A stretch of 64,000 nucleotides of DNA, taken from contig CAVYNY010000009.1 in NCBI GenBank assembly GCA_963769935.1, forward strand, positions 96,001 to 160,000, read 5' to 3'. Of this stretch, positions 29,492 through 39,187 are shown piece after piece. Origin of the DNA: an uncultured delta proteobacterium. Its GTDB lineage: Bacteria > Desulfobacterota > Desulfobacteria > Desulfobacterales > JAFDCJ01. The first letter of the stretch is position 1. Every line of letters begins with the position of its first letter. The position numbers were made by a program, and so were the translations under genes. Under the pieces are notes generated by a model that saw only the letters and a program-made list of their open reading frames with translations, was not told where the DNA came from and ran no database searches.

Positions 29492-30223
29492 CTACCCTCC
29501 CAAATACGCATCGATCACCCGGGGTTCATTGGCGACCTGTTCCATTGTGCCTTCGGCGATCAGTTCGCCTTTGGCCAGCACGGTGACTTTGTCGCACAAG
29601 GTGCTGACGGTCGGCATCTCATGGCTGATAATTAAAAAAGTAATGCCTTTCTCGGTATTCATCATTCTGATGGATTTCAGGATAATTCCCTTGATGGACT
29701 GGTGAACGCCGGCAAAAGGTTCATCCATAACGTAGAGTTGAAGGTCCCGGTTCATGAATCCCCGCACTATCTGCAGCAGCATGTTCTGGCCGCCTGAGAG
29801 GCTCTTGGCCTGCTTATCCTTCAGTCGCGTAAGCTTTGCGAATTCCAGCAGTTCATCAGCCCGGGCAACGGCATCTTTTTTTGACTGCCCCTGGCAAAAT
29901 GCAGGGATCAGCATGTTTTCCAAAACGGTCATATCACGAAAGACCCTGGCAACCTGAAAGGTCCGCATGATGCCCTGTAAAGCAATAACATCCGATTGCA
30001 GGCCGTCGATGCGCTTTCCGGCATAAAAGATATTTCCCTCGTCGGGTTCGTAGATCCCGGTGATAACATTGATAAGAGTCGTTTTGCCGGACCCGTTGGG
30101 GCCGATCAAGCCGCGAATCTCACCTTTTCCAATCTGCAAAGAGACCTTATTATTGGCAACCAACCCGCCGAATCTTTTAACGACCTTTTGCACATCAAGG
30201 AATGGATAAGCATGTTCATTCAT
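29492..30223 (-). CDS. livG: Branched-chain amino acid-type ABC transporter ATPase
   Basis: KRFGGLVAN, GPNGSGKTT, DEPFAGV and VIDAYLG. Confidence 0.9.
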   Translation of the reverse strand: MNEHAYPFLDVQKVVKRFGGLVANNKVSLQIGKGEIRGLIGPNGSGKTTLINVITGIYEPDEGNIFYAGKRIDGLQSDVIALQGIMRTFQVARVFRDMTVLENMLIPAFCQGQSKKDAVARADELLEFAKLTRLKDKQAKSLSGGQNMLLQIVRGFMNRDLQLYVMDEPFAGVHQSIKGIILKSIRMMNTEKGITFLIISHEMPTVSTLCDKVTVLAKGELIAEGTMEQVANEPRVIDAYLGG

Positions 30224-30455
30224 TTATTCGCCATCCCGGTGCTCTTAATTGAGCATCAAACGCCGCTGAGTACCAAATTGAGATAGAAAATTCGAATATC
30301 GAAATCCGAAACAATATCAAAATCCCAATGTCAAAAATTCAAAAAAATATGCGAAGCATTGAACATAATTAAGCCACCGGGGCTTCGATCAGACAAGTTT
30401 CTTCAGTTTTCAAATAACCATATCCGAGCCCGTATAGACTACTTTTCAGGGCGGA

Positions 30456-31409
30456 TTAATTATATGCCGACACCGGCTCCTTTTCCCTGCCAAACCAATT
30501 TTTAACCCGCCTGACCAATTCCATCAACCCGCCGTTGAAAAACCGCATGATGATGATGACCAGAGCACTTAAGATAATGATACGGATCTCGGACTGTTCT
30601 CTGAGGAGCTCCATGGTAATTCGAACCGCAATAGCGCCGGCCACCGGACCGGCCTGGGTGCGCATACCGCCGATGACTACAAAAATAATGATCATGGCCA
30701 TTTCGTTGAAGTCTCCCAGAACAGGACTGATCAGACCGATGGTGTGACCGTAAAAGGCTCCAGCCATTCCTGCAATACTGCTGGCAATGATAAAGGCGAA
30801 GATTTTATAGCGAACGATATTGACTCCCATCGATCGGGCCGCAATGGCATCATCGCGAATCGATCTCAAATAATACCCGATGCGGGAACGCATCAGGACG
30901 GCAATCAACAGGACGCAAAACACGGTGAGTCCGAGGAAGAAATAATAGTAGGGCGTGGGCTGCAGGGTCCCGAAAAGCAGCGGCGTTTCCAGCCCGCGGT
31001 CACCGCCGGTAAACGCGTAGTGCATTCGCAAATAATTGCGTATCACCTCGGCAAACGCCCAGGTGATCAGGGCCAGATACAGTCCTTGCGTCCGCAGACA
31101 AACAATCCCCAGGATCAAACTGAGGAACATCGTCAAAGCAATTGCCGCCGGTATGGTGAGCCAGAGTGAAGCCCCGGCTTTGACCATCAGCAGTGACGAG
31201 GTATAAGCGCCGAGCATGCCGAAAGTATGGTGGGCCAGGGAGAATTGCCCGGTGTACCCCCCGAGCAGGTTCCAGCTGGCGGCCATAATGGCATAGAAGA
31301 AGGACACCGTAAGGATATACTGCCAGTAATCCGTAAGGCCCAACGGCAGCAAAAGAGCTATGAAAATGACCACCGCCAGAGCCAGATTTTTTACATTCAG
31401 TATTTTCAT
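30456..31409 (-). CDS. livM: Branched-chain amino acid-type ABC transporter permease
   Basis: WNLLGGYTGQFSLAH, GLYLALITWAF and RSIRDDAIAA. Confidence 0.9.
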   Translation of the reverse strand: MKILNVKNLALAVVIFIALLLPLGLTDYWQYILTVSFFYAIMAASWNLLGGYTGQFSLAHHTFGMLGAYTSSLLMVKAGASLWLTIPAAIALTMFLSLILGIVCLRTQGLYLALITWAFAEVIRNYLRMHYAFTGGDRGLETPLLFGTLQPTPYYYFFLGLTVFCVLLIAVLMRSRIGYYLRSIRDDAIAARSMGVNIVRYKIFAFIIASSIAGMAGAFYGHTIGLISPVLGDFNEMAMIIIFVVIGGMRTQAGPVAGAIAVRITMELLREQSEIRIIILSALVIIIMRFFNGGLMELVRRVKNWFGREKEPVSAYN

Positions 31410-31449
31410 TATGAACTTTTTAGTACCTAAGCTTAGATATTGTGGTTTC

Positions 31450-31674
31450 AGGTGTCAGCGCCGCCGCCGGCCAAAACAACGGCCGGTCTGATCGAAAAAG
31501 AAACATAATAGTTCACCGCAGAGCCCGCAGCCTCCGGCCCATAGGGCCTACGCCCCGGTGGGAGAACGCCGAGAAAGAAAAGTTAAATTAATCTCTGCGC
31601 TCTCTGCGCTCTCAGCGGTGAGACACTTCGTAAAAATGACATCGAATTTAAGGAAGTTTCATATGAGGTGTCAG
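31450..31674 (+). repeat. 225-bp MITE/REP-like composite element, copy 1
   Basis: Near-identical to 62948-63172; bounded by AGGTGTCAG direct repeats; contains nested hairpins. Confidence 0.85.
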
Positions 31675-31679
31675 ATAAT

Positions 31680-31860
31680 AAGCCCATAGCTGATAGCGCA
31701 TAGTTCATAGTCGAAAGACAGAAGTAATGAGGCTGGGAAGATAGAAAGGATAGAAGCAGGGAAGGTGAGAGGTTGGGAAGGTGAGAAAAAATCCGAAATT
31801 CTGCGTTCGAAACTGCTTTATAATTTTTCTCTCTCATCCTCCGACCTTTATCCTTTTGTT
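31680..31860. repeat. Modular simple repeat array
   Basis: catagctgatagcgcatagttcatag followed by GGGAAGAT/GGAAGGTGA 8-mers; resembles 19378-19508. Confidence 0.65.
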
Positions 31861-31863
31861 TAT

Positions 31864-32908
31864 AGCTCGGCTGAAGTCCAGCAGCCGACTTTTGGCCTCC
31901 TGGATAGCAAGCTCATAACGACCAAATCGCCCGGGAAGCTTCCCCCAGACTCTTTGGGCATCGCTGCGCTGCTCGAACACGATGCAAAGTCGTCGGTAAA
32001 TCGGATCAACTCCGCCCTGCCGCCAAGTCTGGGCTGCACTTCATGCTCAAACGAGCTGTCCAGAAATAAGAGAAGAGAGATGTAGGATAGCAGCGGCGAA
32101 ATCACTACAACTTGGGGAGTTCAAAGACGAGGATAGAGCATCTGACTATCTTCCATTACGAAGGCTTTAAGACACTTGCGCAACATCGGATAGATCACAA
32201 CGTCTAGCACGAGCTTGCTTACAAATAGACGCACGTGCTGATGGCTCACCGTGTCGAAGTAGCTCTTGATGTCTACTTCCACACGCAACACTGTGTACAC
32301 ATGCGCATGACTGCTAGACAAAGATTATATAAGGCCTGGTGACTGCTGCGACGAGACAGAAAGACATACGAACAATCTAAAAAGTACTGCTAGTATATAG
32401 GCGTCAACAGCATCAACACGGCTCGCTGAAGCACTTTGTCTTCCAACGTCGGTATGCTTATCGGTCGCTAGGCTTTACTCTAGGCTTCCTTTGGTATATA
32501 TACGAGACGCACTGCTGGCGCACGGTAATTGACTGACTTGAACTGCTACAACAATGATGCCAGATTGGTCTCCAAATCTTGCTCATACTCGGTGGCCGTC
32601 CTTGATAGACGCGAGCCGCTCCATCCTTCCGCGTGCGCCGGTATGACTCGAGAAGACAGTGCATGTACACATGGTACGACAGCGTTGTGAGCACCGACTG
32701 CGGCATCTGCTCCGCAAGTTGCGCTATCTGTTGCTGTTTCGTGTACACACTCACAGATCGCAACGTATCCTCCGTGTTGCCCACCAACGGCTCCATGCCC
32801 CGGCACGGCCCTTTCCTCGGCCGGCTCTCCCCGGGTCGGATTCACCGGCTCCCTCGGTACGATGACCGTGCTAAGACTCCCTGCCGTCATCCCCATGGGC
32901 TTCGTCGA
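31864..32908 (-). mobile_element. Second, truncated and heavily substituted copy of the group II intron (RT fragment)
   Basis: Aligns to about 19938-20979. The ends are near-identical, while the middle carries dense substitutions at + strand C. Confidence 0.9.
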
Positions 32909-32910
32909 CT

Positions 32911-33049
32911 CCTAACCTTTAACCTTTATCTTTACCTTTATCCTTTAACCTTTATCCTTTATCCAACAGCATCTATCATCCAGAATCAACCATTCAACTA
33001 TGAACTATGAACTATGAGCTATGAGCTATGAACTATGAGCTATCAGCTC
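32911..33049. repeat. (CCTTTAT)n and (CTATGAA/G)n 7-mer arrays
   Basis: cctttaacctttatctttacctttatcc...ctatgaactatgaactatgagctatgagctatgaactatgag. Confidence 0.8.
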
Positions 33050-33940
33050 TCATACCGCCCGCTCCGGTTTGCCGAACAGGCCGTAAGGCTTTATCGACAG
33101 GACGATAACCAGCAAAATAAAGCCGTAGATATCCACAAAAGACGGGTGAATGAAGGCACTCCCCAGACTCTCTGCGATACCCAGTGAAAGACCGGCAACC
33201 AGAATACCCGGTATGGACCCCAGACCGGCGATAACAATTATTTCAAATCCACGAACCGTCGGAGCCGCGCCGCACAGCGGGTATACCAGAAAAATCGGGG
33301 CCAGCAGCGCACCGCCGGCGCCTGCCAAGGCGGTCCCCAGCCCGAAGGCCAGAGTATCGTATTTGAGCACATTGACCCCGGCGGTTTGAACGCCGGGCCG
33401 GTTTTGCGCAACTCCCTGAAAAGCTTTGCCGGCCCAGGTCTTTTTGATGAAATAGTAAAATGCCCCCAGCATGACTAGGGAGCCGATCAGCGCGATCAGG
33501 CGATTTCCGCTGATGGGCAGCGTCAGCAGCTGGGTCGGACCGGCGTAATCGGGCGGTGTATAAATATAGGGACCGCCGATAAGCACCGCCATGTTGCGCA
33601 GGAAGATCGCCAGGGAAATGGTAACAATTGTCGCATATTCCATTTTGGCTTCAATAATACCGACGAACATCGGCTTGATCAGTATCCGTTGGACCACGGC
33701 ACCGAAAATGAAAACAACAAAAGCCGCGATGACAATTCCGACAAACCAGAGATTCGGACCGAGGATGTAAGTCAGCAGCAAATATTGGACATAGGCCCCG
33801 ATCATGAAGAATTCGCCCATGGACCAGTTGATCACTTTCATGATACCGTAAATGAAATTGATCCCCATGGACATCAGGCAGTACAGGACCCCCATGATGA
33901 TCCCTGAAATTAAAAACTGGCTGAAGAGATGCAGGTCGAT
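33050..33940 (-). CDS. livH: Branched-chain amino acid-type ABC transporter permease (probable ATC start)
   Basis: GINFIYGIMKVINWSMGEF and IVIAGLGSIPG. An AAGGAGG RBS lies 8 nt before an in-frame ATC at 33940; the first in-frame ATG is at 33895. Confidence 0.88.
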   Translation of the reverse strand: MDLHLFSQFLISGIIMGVLYCLMSMGINFIYGIMKVINWSMGEFFMIGAYVQYLLLTYILGPNLWFVGIVIAAFVVFIFGAVVQRILIKPMFVGIIEAKMEYATIVTISLAIFLRNMAVLIGGPYIYTPPDYAGPTQLLTLPISGNRLIALIGSLVMLGAFYYFIKKTWAGKAFQGVAQNRPGVQTAGVNVLKYDTLAFGLGTALAGAGGALLAPIFLVYPLCGAAPTVRGFEIIVIAGLGSIPGILVAGLSLGIAESLGSAFIHPSFVDIYGFILLVIVLSIKPYGLFGKPERAV

Positions 33941-33975
33941 GGCCCTATCCTCCTTTCACGGTTAAGTTTAGGCTT

Positions 33976-35535
33976 TCAACGTCTTATTCGATAGCCCGAC
34001 TTCTCAAGGTCCCAGCAATCCATAATATCCCTGGAAAGCTTATCTTTTGCAATTCGCTGGGTAGGCGTTTTTTCAAAATCTTCAATAAATGCTATGTAGC
34101 GCGGTATCTGGTAATAGGCCATCCGCGGCTCACACCACTTAATAAAATCAAGAGGGTCAAGCCTGACGCCGGACGCACATTTTATGAAAACCTTTAAATC
34201 CTGTTCACCGACTTCTGCCGCCACACCGACGACGGCGCTTTCCTGAATGTCCGGGTGCGCGTTGATGATATGCTCGACTTCCCAGGCCGATATGTTTTCG
34301 CCGCGGCGACGGAAACTGTCTTTCTTGCGTCCCAGGTAGTAATAATCGCCCTCAGCGTCGCAGCAGGCCAGATCGCCGGTGTAAAGCCAGCCGTCTCGCA
34401 GCTCGGCTCCGGTCCCCGCCGAATTCTCCAGATAGCCCTGCATGATCAGGCCGGGCTCTTGTTCCCGCACGCAGATTTCGCCGCTTTGACCGGCCTCGAC
34501 CGGCTGTCCGTTGTCATCGACAATCCGCAGCTCAAAATACGGGTAGGGCTTGCCGATTGATCCCACCTTACCCGTTCGGTTCAGAGTGGTAAAACAGGAG
34601 GCTTCGGTCATACCATAGACTTCGCGAATTTCGACCCCGAAACGCTGTTCAAAGGCCTTCCACGTGCCCTTGGTACAGCCTGCACCAAATGCGATCCGCA
34701 CGTTGTGATCCCTGTCATACGGACCGGGGGGCTGCTTCAGCAATATATCGAGAATACCGCCGAGATAATGCAGCTTGGTGACCTGATATTTTCTCATCTG
34801 CTCCCAAAACCGGGAGGCGCTGAAGCGCGGCACGATTGCCAGTTTAACGGGTTCCAGCAGGGCCAGCACGCACATCTGGGCACCACTGGTGTGGTAAACA
34901 GGCTCCCACAGTAAAAAGACGTCACCCGGACGAACATCGGCCGCCCGGCCGGCAGCAGCCGCGCAAGTTGTCAACATCTTTTCGGTCAAAGGGGCACCTT
35001 TGGGCGGCCCTGTCGTACCCGACGTAAAAAAAACAGCGCGAACTTCATCCATCGTTGCGGCCGCGCGCAGCGGTGCGCCGCTCCCTTCGGCAACCAAGGC
35101 AAAATCGTACCCATCGGCTGGTTCCGCCGGGGCTCCCGGGTTGCGAATGACCAGGGTATCGAACGTATTAGCTGCTGGAAGAGACTTCAAATGCGGCCAG
35201 AATTGTGCATCCGCAATTACAATGCGGGGTGCTGACTGCTTAAAAATAAACTCCAGACCTGCGCCGCGCAGGTTGGTATTGACCGGCACCCAAACAGCCC
35301 CCAGTTTTGCCAGCGCAAAAAACGTAAAAATGTGATCCGGGTGATTGGTGAAGATGACGGCCACCCGTTGACCCGCCGCAACACCGAGTTTCGCCAATCC
35401 ATTCGCCAGACTGTTTACACGGGATTCCAGAGTCCTGAATGTAATTTCGCCGTCGTCATGGATACCGAAGACATCGTCGGGCGTCTGCCGGGCGCGGAGC
35501 TCCAACAGCTCGGCTATGGTTTTTTCAAATGCCAT
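33976..35535 (-). CDS. ATP-dependent acyl-CoA ligase, crotonobetaine/carnitine-CoA ligase (CaiC)-like
   Basis: FTSGTTGPPKG, FSASRFW, YGMTE, TGDL, RRRGENIS and KTPTQRIAK. Confidence 0.9.
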   Translation of the reverse strand: MAFEKTIAELLELRARQTPDDVFGIHDDGEITFRTLESRVNSLANGLAKLGVAAGQRVAVIFTNHPDHIFTFFALAKLGAVWVPVNTNLRGAGLEFIFKQSAPRIVIADAQFWPHLKSLPAANTFDTLVIRNPGAPAEPADGYDFALVAEGSGAPLRAAATMDEVRAVFFTSGTTGPPKGAPLTEKMLTTCAAAAGRAADVRPGDVFLLWEPVYHTSGAQMCVLALLEPVKLAIVPRFSASRFWEQMRKYQVTKLHYLGGILDILLKQPPGPYDRDHNVRIAFGAGCTKGTWKAFEQRFGVEIREVYGMTEASCFTTLNRTGKVGSIGKPYPYFELRIVDDNGQPVEAGQSGEICVREQEPGLIMQGYLENSAGTGAELRDGWLYTGDLACCDAEGDYYYLGRKKDSFRRRGENISAWEVEHIINAHPDIQESAVVGVAAEVGEQDLKVFIKCASGVRLDPLDFIKWCEPRMAYYQIPRYIAFIEDFEKTPTQRIAKDKLSRDIMDCWDLEKSGYRIRR

Positions 35536-35708
35536 TGGTACCAAAGAATATGGTTGATTAAGTTGATTGGGTTGATTAAGTTGATCACGTTGACTTGAAT
35601 AAGGTCAGTTATACATAAGGACATAAATCATTATTACTCATTGGTCGATATGGGCTATAAGGGATTTCCTCTTCGATAAAACCGGCCGCTCCATCGTTAG
35701 CGGCGGCG

Positions 35709-35959
35709 CTGACACCTCATATGAAACTACATCTCACACAGAGCGCTCAGAGATCACAGAGGTCTGGGTTTACAGGCGCCTGCGGCGAAAGAAAAATGTT
35801 CTCTGCGGTCTCTGTGAGCTCTAACGGCTTGTCGGGTCGTAGCTCGAAGAGCGAAGCCTGAAAGTGGGCGTGATATTAAATCCAACTGTGTCCGATTTCC
35901 AAAAGTTTCTTTTATGATCAGACCGGCCGTTGTTTTGGCCGGCGGCGGCGCTGACACCT
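35709..35959 (-). repeat. Variant of the AGGTGTCAG-bounded composite element (inverted, different internal hairpin)
   Basis: Same ends as 31450-31674 (GGTGTCAGCGCCGCCGCCGGCCAAAACAACGGCCGGTCTGATC ... GTTTCATATGAGGTGTCAG). Confidence 0.8.
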
Positions 35960-35996
35960 GAACACTGAAACCTATATTCCTCCTGGCTCAATCAAC

Positions 35997-36779
35997 CTAA
36001 TCAACTGGATTTTTCCTTCCGGCGGCGTGCTCCTGAAGAAATTTTTCCATAGTTGCCTGGGGCTCTCCGGTTGCATAGGATTCATGATGGTACCTTACAG
36101 CGGCGTCCAGGGCCTCCTGAAAACCGGCTTCCGTCACCTCACGGAACCGCTGTTTATCCAGCCGCATGGCCACCGGCGGTTTTGACGCCAGCATCCCGGC
36201 GGTGCGGATGGCTTCGTTCATCAATTCCTCCCGGGGAACCAGCTTGTGAATCAACCCGATATGCAGGCATTCTTCCGCCGCCATCATCCGCCCGGTCAGG
36301 GTAAGCTCGATGGTTCGGGAAAGGCCCAGCATTTCCCTCATAATCCACGGGCCGGTGATACTCAAAATACCGGAGTTGATTTCGGGCTGGCCCATGGTAA
36401 CCTCCGGGTGTCCGATGCGGACATCGGCCAGCAGCGCCACTTGAAATCCGGACCCCGCTGCAACTCCGTTCAAGGCTGCAATCAACGGTATGGTCAAACT
36501 GCGAATCAAACCATACAGACTGCGCCATTCTTCAATCCAGCGTTCTGCACCCTGAGGATCGAAGGTTTTAGCCTCTCCGAAATCCTGGCCGGCACAAAAC
36601 GCACGGTCGCCGGTGCCGGTAAGAATAATGGCCCGAATGGCCTCATCTTTGTCATAATGTTCAAGCGCCTGCGCTATTTCGTCTCGCATCGGCTTGTGCC
36701 AGGCATTCAAGACATCGGGCCGATTCAGCGCGATAATCCCGATGTTACCTATTTCTTCAGTCTTAATAGATTCGAACAT
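35997..36779 (-). CDS. Enoyl-CoA hydratase/isomerase (crotonase) family protein
   Basis: LNRPDVLNA, AFCAGQD, NGVAAGSG and GQPEINSG. Confidence 0.92.
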   Translation of the reverse strand: MFESIKTEEIGNIGIIALNRPDVLNAWHKPMRDEIAQALEHYDKDEAIRAIILTGTGDRAFCAGQDFGEAKTFDPQGAERWIEEWRSLYGLIRSLTIPLIAALNGVAAGSGFQVALLADVRIGHPEVTMGQPEINSGILSITGPWIMREMLGLSRTIELTLTGRMMAAEECLHIGLIHKLVPREELMNEAIRTAGMLASKPPVAMRLDKQRFREVTEAGFQEALDAAVRYHHESYATGEPQATMEKFLQEHAAGRKNPVD

Positions 36780-36993
36780 TTCGATGGAGTTCTCCTTTAG
36801 TTGCCGATTCGGATTGCCGGTCAGCGAGCATGATGATAATTAATAAGTATGATAGAAGTCAGTTGTATGTTGTCGGTTTTGCGTTAAGAAGAATTGGGAG
36901 CCTTATCTTCCGGCGCTCCTCTGAGAAAAATGCTGTTATAATGTGATCCGTTTTTAACGCTAAACAACAAGCCACACACAACAAACCACCTGA

Positions 36994-37025
36994 ACCCTGA
37001 TCGAGCCTGAAGACTCGATCAGGGT
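36994..37025 (-). terminator. Strong 12-bp stem-loop downstream of the substrate-binding protein gene
   Basis: ACCCTGATCGAG-N8-CTCGATCAGGGT perfect inverted repeat. Confidence 0.6.
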
Positions 37026-37076
37026 GTTATTTATGCAGTTCTCTCAAAGGTGCGTCACTTGCCAGCTGGAAATCGA

Positions 37077-38303
37077 TCAGGGCCCGGCAATTTTGCCGTC
37101 TCCGCCGAATTGCGGCGGATATACCAGATGTGACTCGGTAAACGGCTGCCGCACCTCCGTTTCCTGGAGGATCAGATGCGGCGGCGACACATTGTGCCAT
37201 TTCAGACCCTGCGGCTCCTCAAATTTCACGTTTCCGCTCCAGTCCTGATAGGTATTGCCGACCAGCGCCTTTTGCAAGGCCTTGGGATCGTCGGACTGGG
37301 CCTTGTCGAGCGCCTGGGCGATGACGACCAGTTCGCCGAAGACGTTGAGCGCGTAAAAAGTCGGGTCTTCATCATGAGCGGCTTTATATTTGGCCGCCAT
37401 CCAGTTGCCGGATTCCGACATCAGCATGCCGGGCTTGTAGTAGGAGGTGTACATGACCCACTTGCCTTTATCCCCCACAGCATCCCAGTATTCAGGGCGC
37501 ACCGGCCAGGCAAACGAACCGAGCATTTTGACCTGCGGGAAAAGCCCGATATCATAGGCCTGTTTAACCATCAGATAAGCCGGAGGCCCCACACCTATAT
37601 TCACGATCAGGTCCGGTTTCCAGGCTTTGGTCTCCAGCAGCATCGGGGTCATATCCGTGATGGTCCGCGGAAAAATGATGGACTTGATTTCCAGGCCGGC
37701 ATCCTTGCCGTAATCTTTTACATAGGTTTCAAAGCCGGTGCCGTAGTCCGTATCTTCGGCAATAACGGCCACCCGTTTAAAATTCATGGCCTTGGCGAAA
37801 TCAATCCAGAATTTGGCCCGATCGGGCGTCAATGACATGATGCTGAATATATAGGGATTCTGGGACTCGGTGATTTTAGGGCTGGACGCACCCGATGAAA
37901 ACAGGGGTACCTGAAGGTCTTGGGAAACTTTGTTCACCGCCAGACAAACAGAGCTGTGATATTGCCCCACGACCGCCACCACACCGTCTTTCTGAACCAG
38001 CTTGCGAAATCCCGCAATGCCATCGGCCGGGGTTCCGGCATCATCTTCCACCACCAGTTCCACGGTCCTGCCGCCCAAAACGCCGCCCATCTCCTTGTTG
38101 ATATATTCAATTGCCAGTTCCGCGCCCCAGCGCATTCGTTTGCCGGCGGCCGGATCACCCGGCGGCGAAAACGGCGATAGGAGACCCAGTTTCACGGAAT
38201 CCTTGGCAGCCGCCGGTGATGGCCCCAACCCCCATAGTACGACCACCAACGCCATTACCGAGATGAGACCAAACGATAATTGTTTACGGCTAAAGATTTT
38301 CAT
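37077..38303 (-). CDS. ABC transporter substrate-binding protein (LivJ/LivK type)
   Basis: Signal peptide; VKLGLLSPFSPPGD, GGVLGGR, VVGQYHSSV and EDTDYG. Confidence 0.92.
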   Translation of the reverse strand: MKIFSRKQLSFGLISVMALVVVLWGLGPSPAAAKDSVKLGLLSPFSPPGDPAAGKRMRWGAELAIEYINKEMGGVLGGRTVELVVEDDAGTPADGIAGFRKLVQKDGVVAVVGQYHSSVCLAVNKVSQDLQVPLFSSGASSPKITESQNPYIFSIMSLTPDRAKFWIDFAKAMNFKRVAVIAEDTDYGTGFETYVKDYGKDAGLEIKSIIFPRTITDMTPMLLETKAWKPDLIVNIGVGPPAYLMVKQAYDIGLFPQVKMLGSFAWPVRPEYWDAVGDKGKWVMYTSYYKPGMLMSESGNWMAAKYKAAHDEDPTFYALNVFGELVVIAQALDKAQSDDPKALQKALVGNTYQDWSGNVKFEEPQGLKWHNVSPPHLILQETEVRQPFTESHLVYPPQFGGDGKIAGP

Positions 38304-38352
38304 CAGTAATACCCTCCTTTCTTTTGATTAGTGAACTCAATCAACCCATCAA

Positions 38353-39102
38353 CTAATCACCCAAAATCCGCCGCGGCATAATACCCTTGTATTCTATTCT
38401 TACCAGAGTTTCATAAACCATATTGGTCAGCGTGACAATATCAAAAACCGGAACGTGAATCTTTTCCTGAATCAGGCGGGCAAACGGGGGCAAATCCGTG
38501 CATTCAATCACCAGTGCGCCCATCTCAGGATGATCCCCGGCCAAGCCTTCCACCACGGCCAGCACTTCCTCCGCCAGACGCGCCACATCCAGCTCCCGGC
38601 GCCGGCCCTCGATGACGACTTCACAGAATTCTTGCCGGTCATCCATGCCGGCCACACAAACCGGCACCGCCTCCGCTCCGACCGCTTTAAGGTGCGCTGC
38701 GGTAAGCGTGCCTTTGCTGGCGGTTAAAATTCCCACTTTTTGGTTCCGGCGGAGCATACGATAGACCATGGGAATTTGAATCAGGCTGGAAGTAAAGACC
38801 GGGATGTCGACCGAATCGGCGAGTTCATCCTGAAACAGCGCCAGAAACCCGCAGCTTCCGGTGATAGCCATCACCCCTTCCTGTTCGAGGTCCTGCGCGG
38901 CTTTGATGAACGGATTTAATAGTTCCGGGTCGGCTTCTTTGACAACCCGCCTGGCCGTGGCACCTTGGACGATGCGGTACATGACCGGAAACCGGAAGGT
39001 GGATGCGTTGCGGATGTGACCGGGGGGCCGGCCGTAGTAAGTTTCCAGGCAGAGGATGCCGATGGGTATGCCGCATAAATTGGTTCCGCCTTTTAAGATC
39101 AT
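38353..39102 (-). CDS. Aspartate/glutamate/hydantoin racemase family protein
   Basis: IGILCLE...PGHIRNASTF, ITGSCGFL and LVIECTDLPP (two Cys). AGGAG RBS before ATG 39102. Confidence 0.85.
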   Translation of the reverse strand: MILKGGTNLCGIPIGILCLETYYGRPPGHIRNASTFRFPVMYRIVQGATARRVVKEADPELLNPFIKAAQDLEQEGVMAITGSCGFLALFQDELADSVDIPVFTSSLIQIPMVYRMLRRNQKVGILTASKGTLTAAHLKAVGAEAVPVCVAGMDDRQEFCEVVIEGRRRELDVARLAEEVLAVVEGLAGDHPEMGALVIECTDLPPFARLIQEKIHVPVFDIVTLTNMVYETLVRIEYKGIMPRRILGD

Positions 39103-39187
39103 CGTTTCAGCTCCTATGTCAAAAACTCCAAAATAACCCCACAAAAAATTCCAAGCCAGTTGCATCAATTTTCAGACCCCAGCCAAA

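Noticed and set aside
19509..32908. Diversity-generating retroelement (RT plus a repeat pair with base-specific differences)
   Set aside because: The RT is group II intron type with intron RNA domains. The differences are at C/G rather than A, the repeat is the RT itself, and no target gene or Avd is visible.
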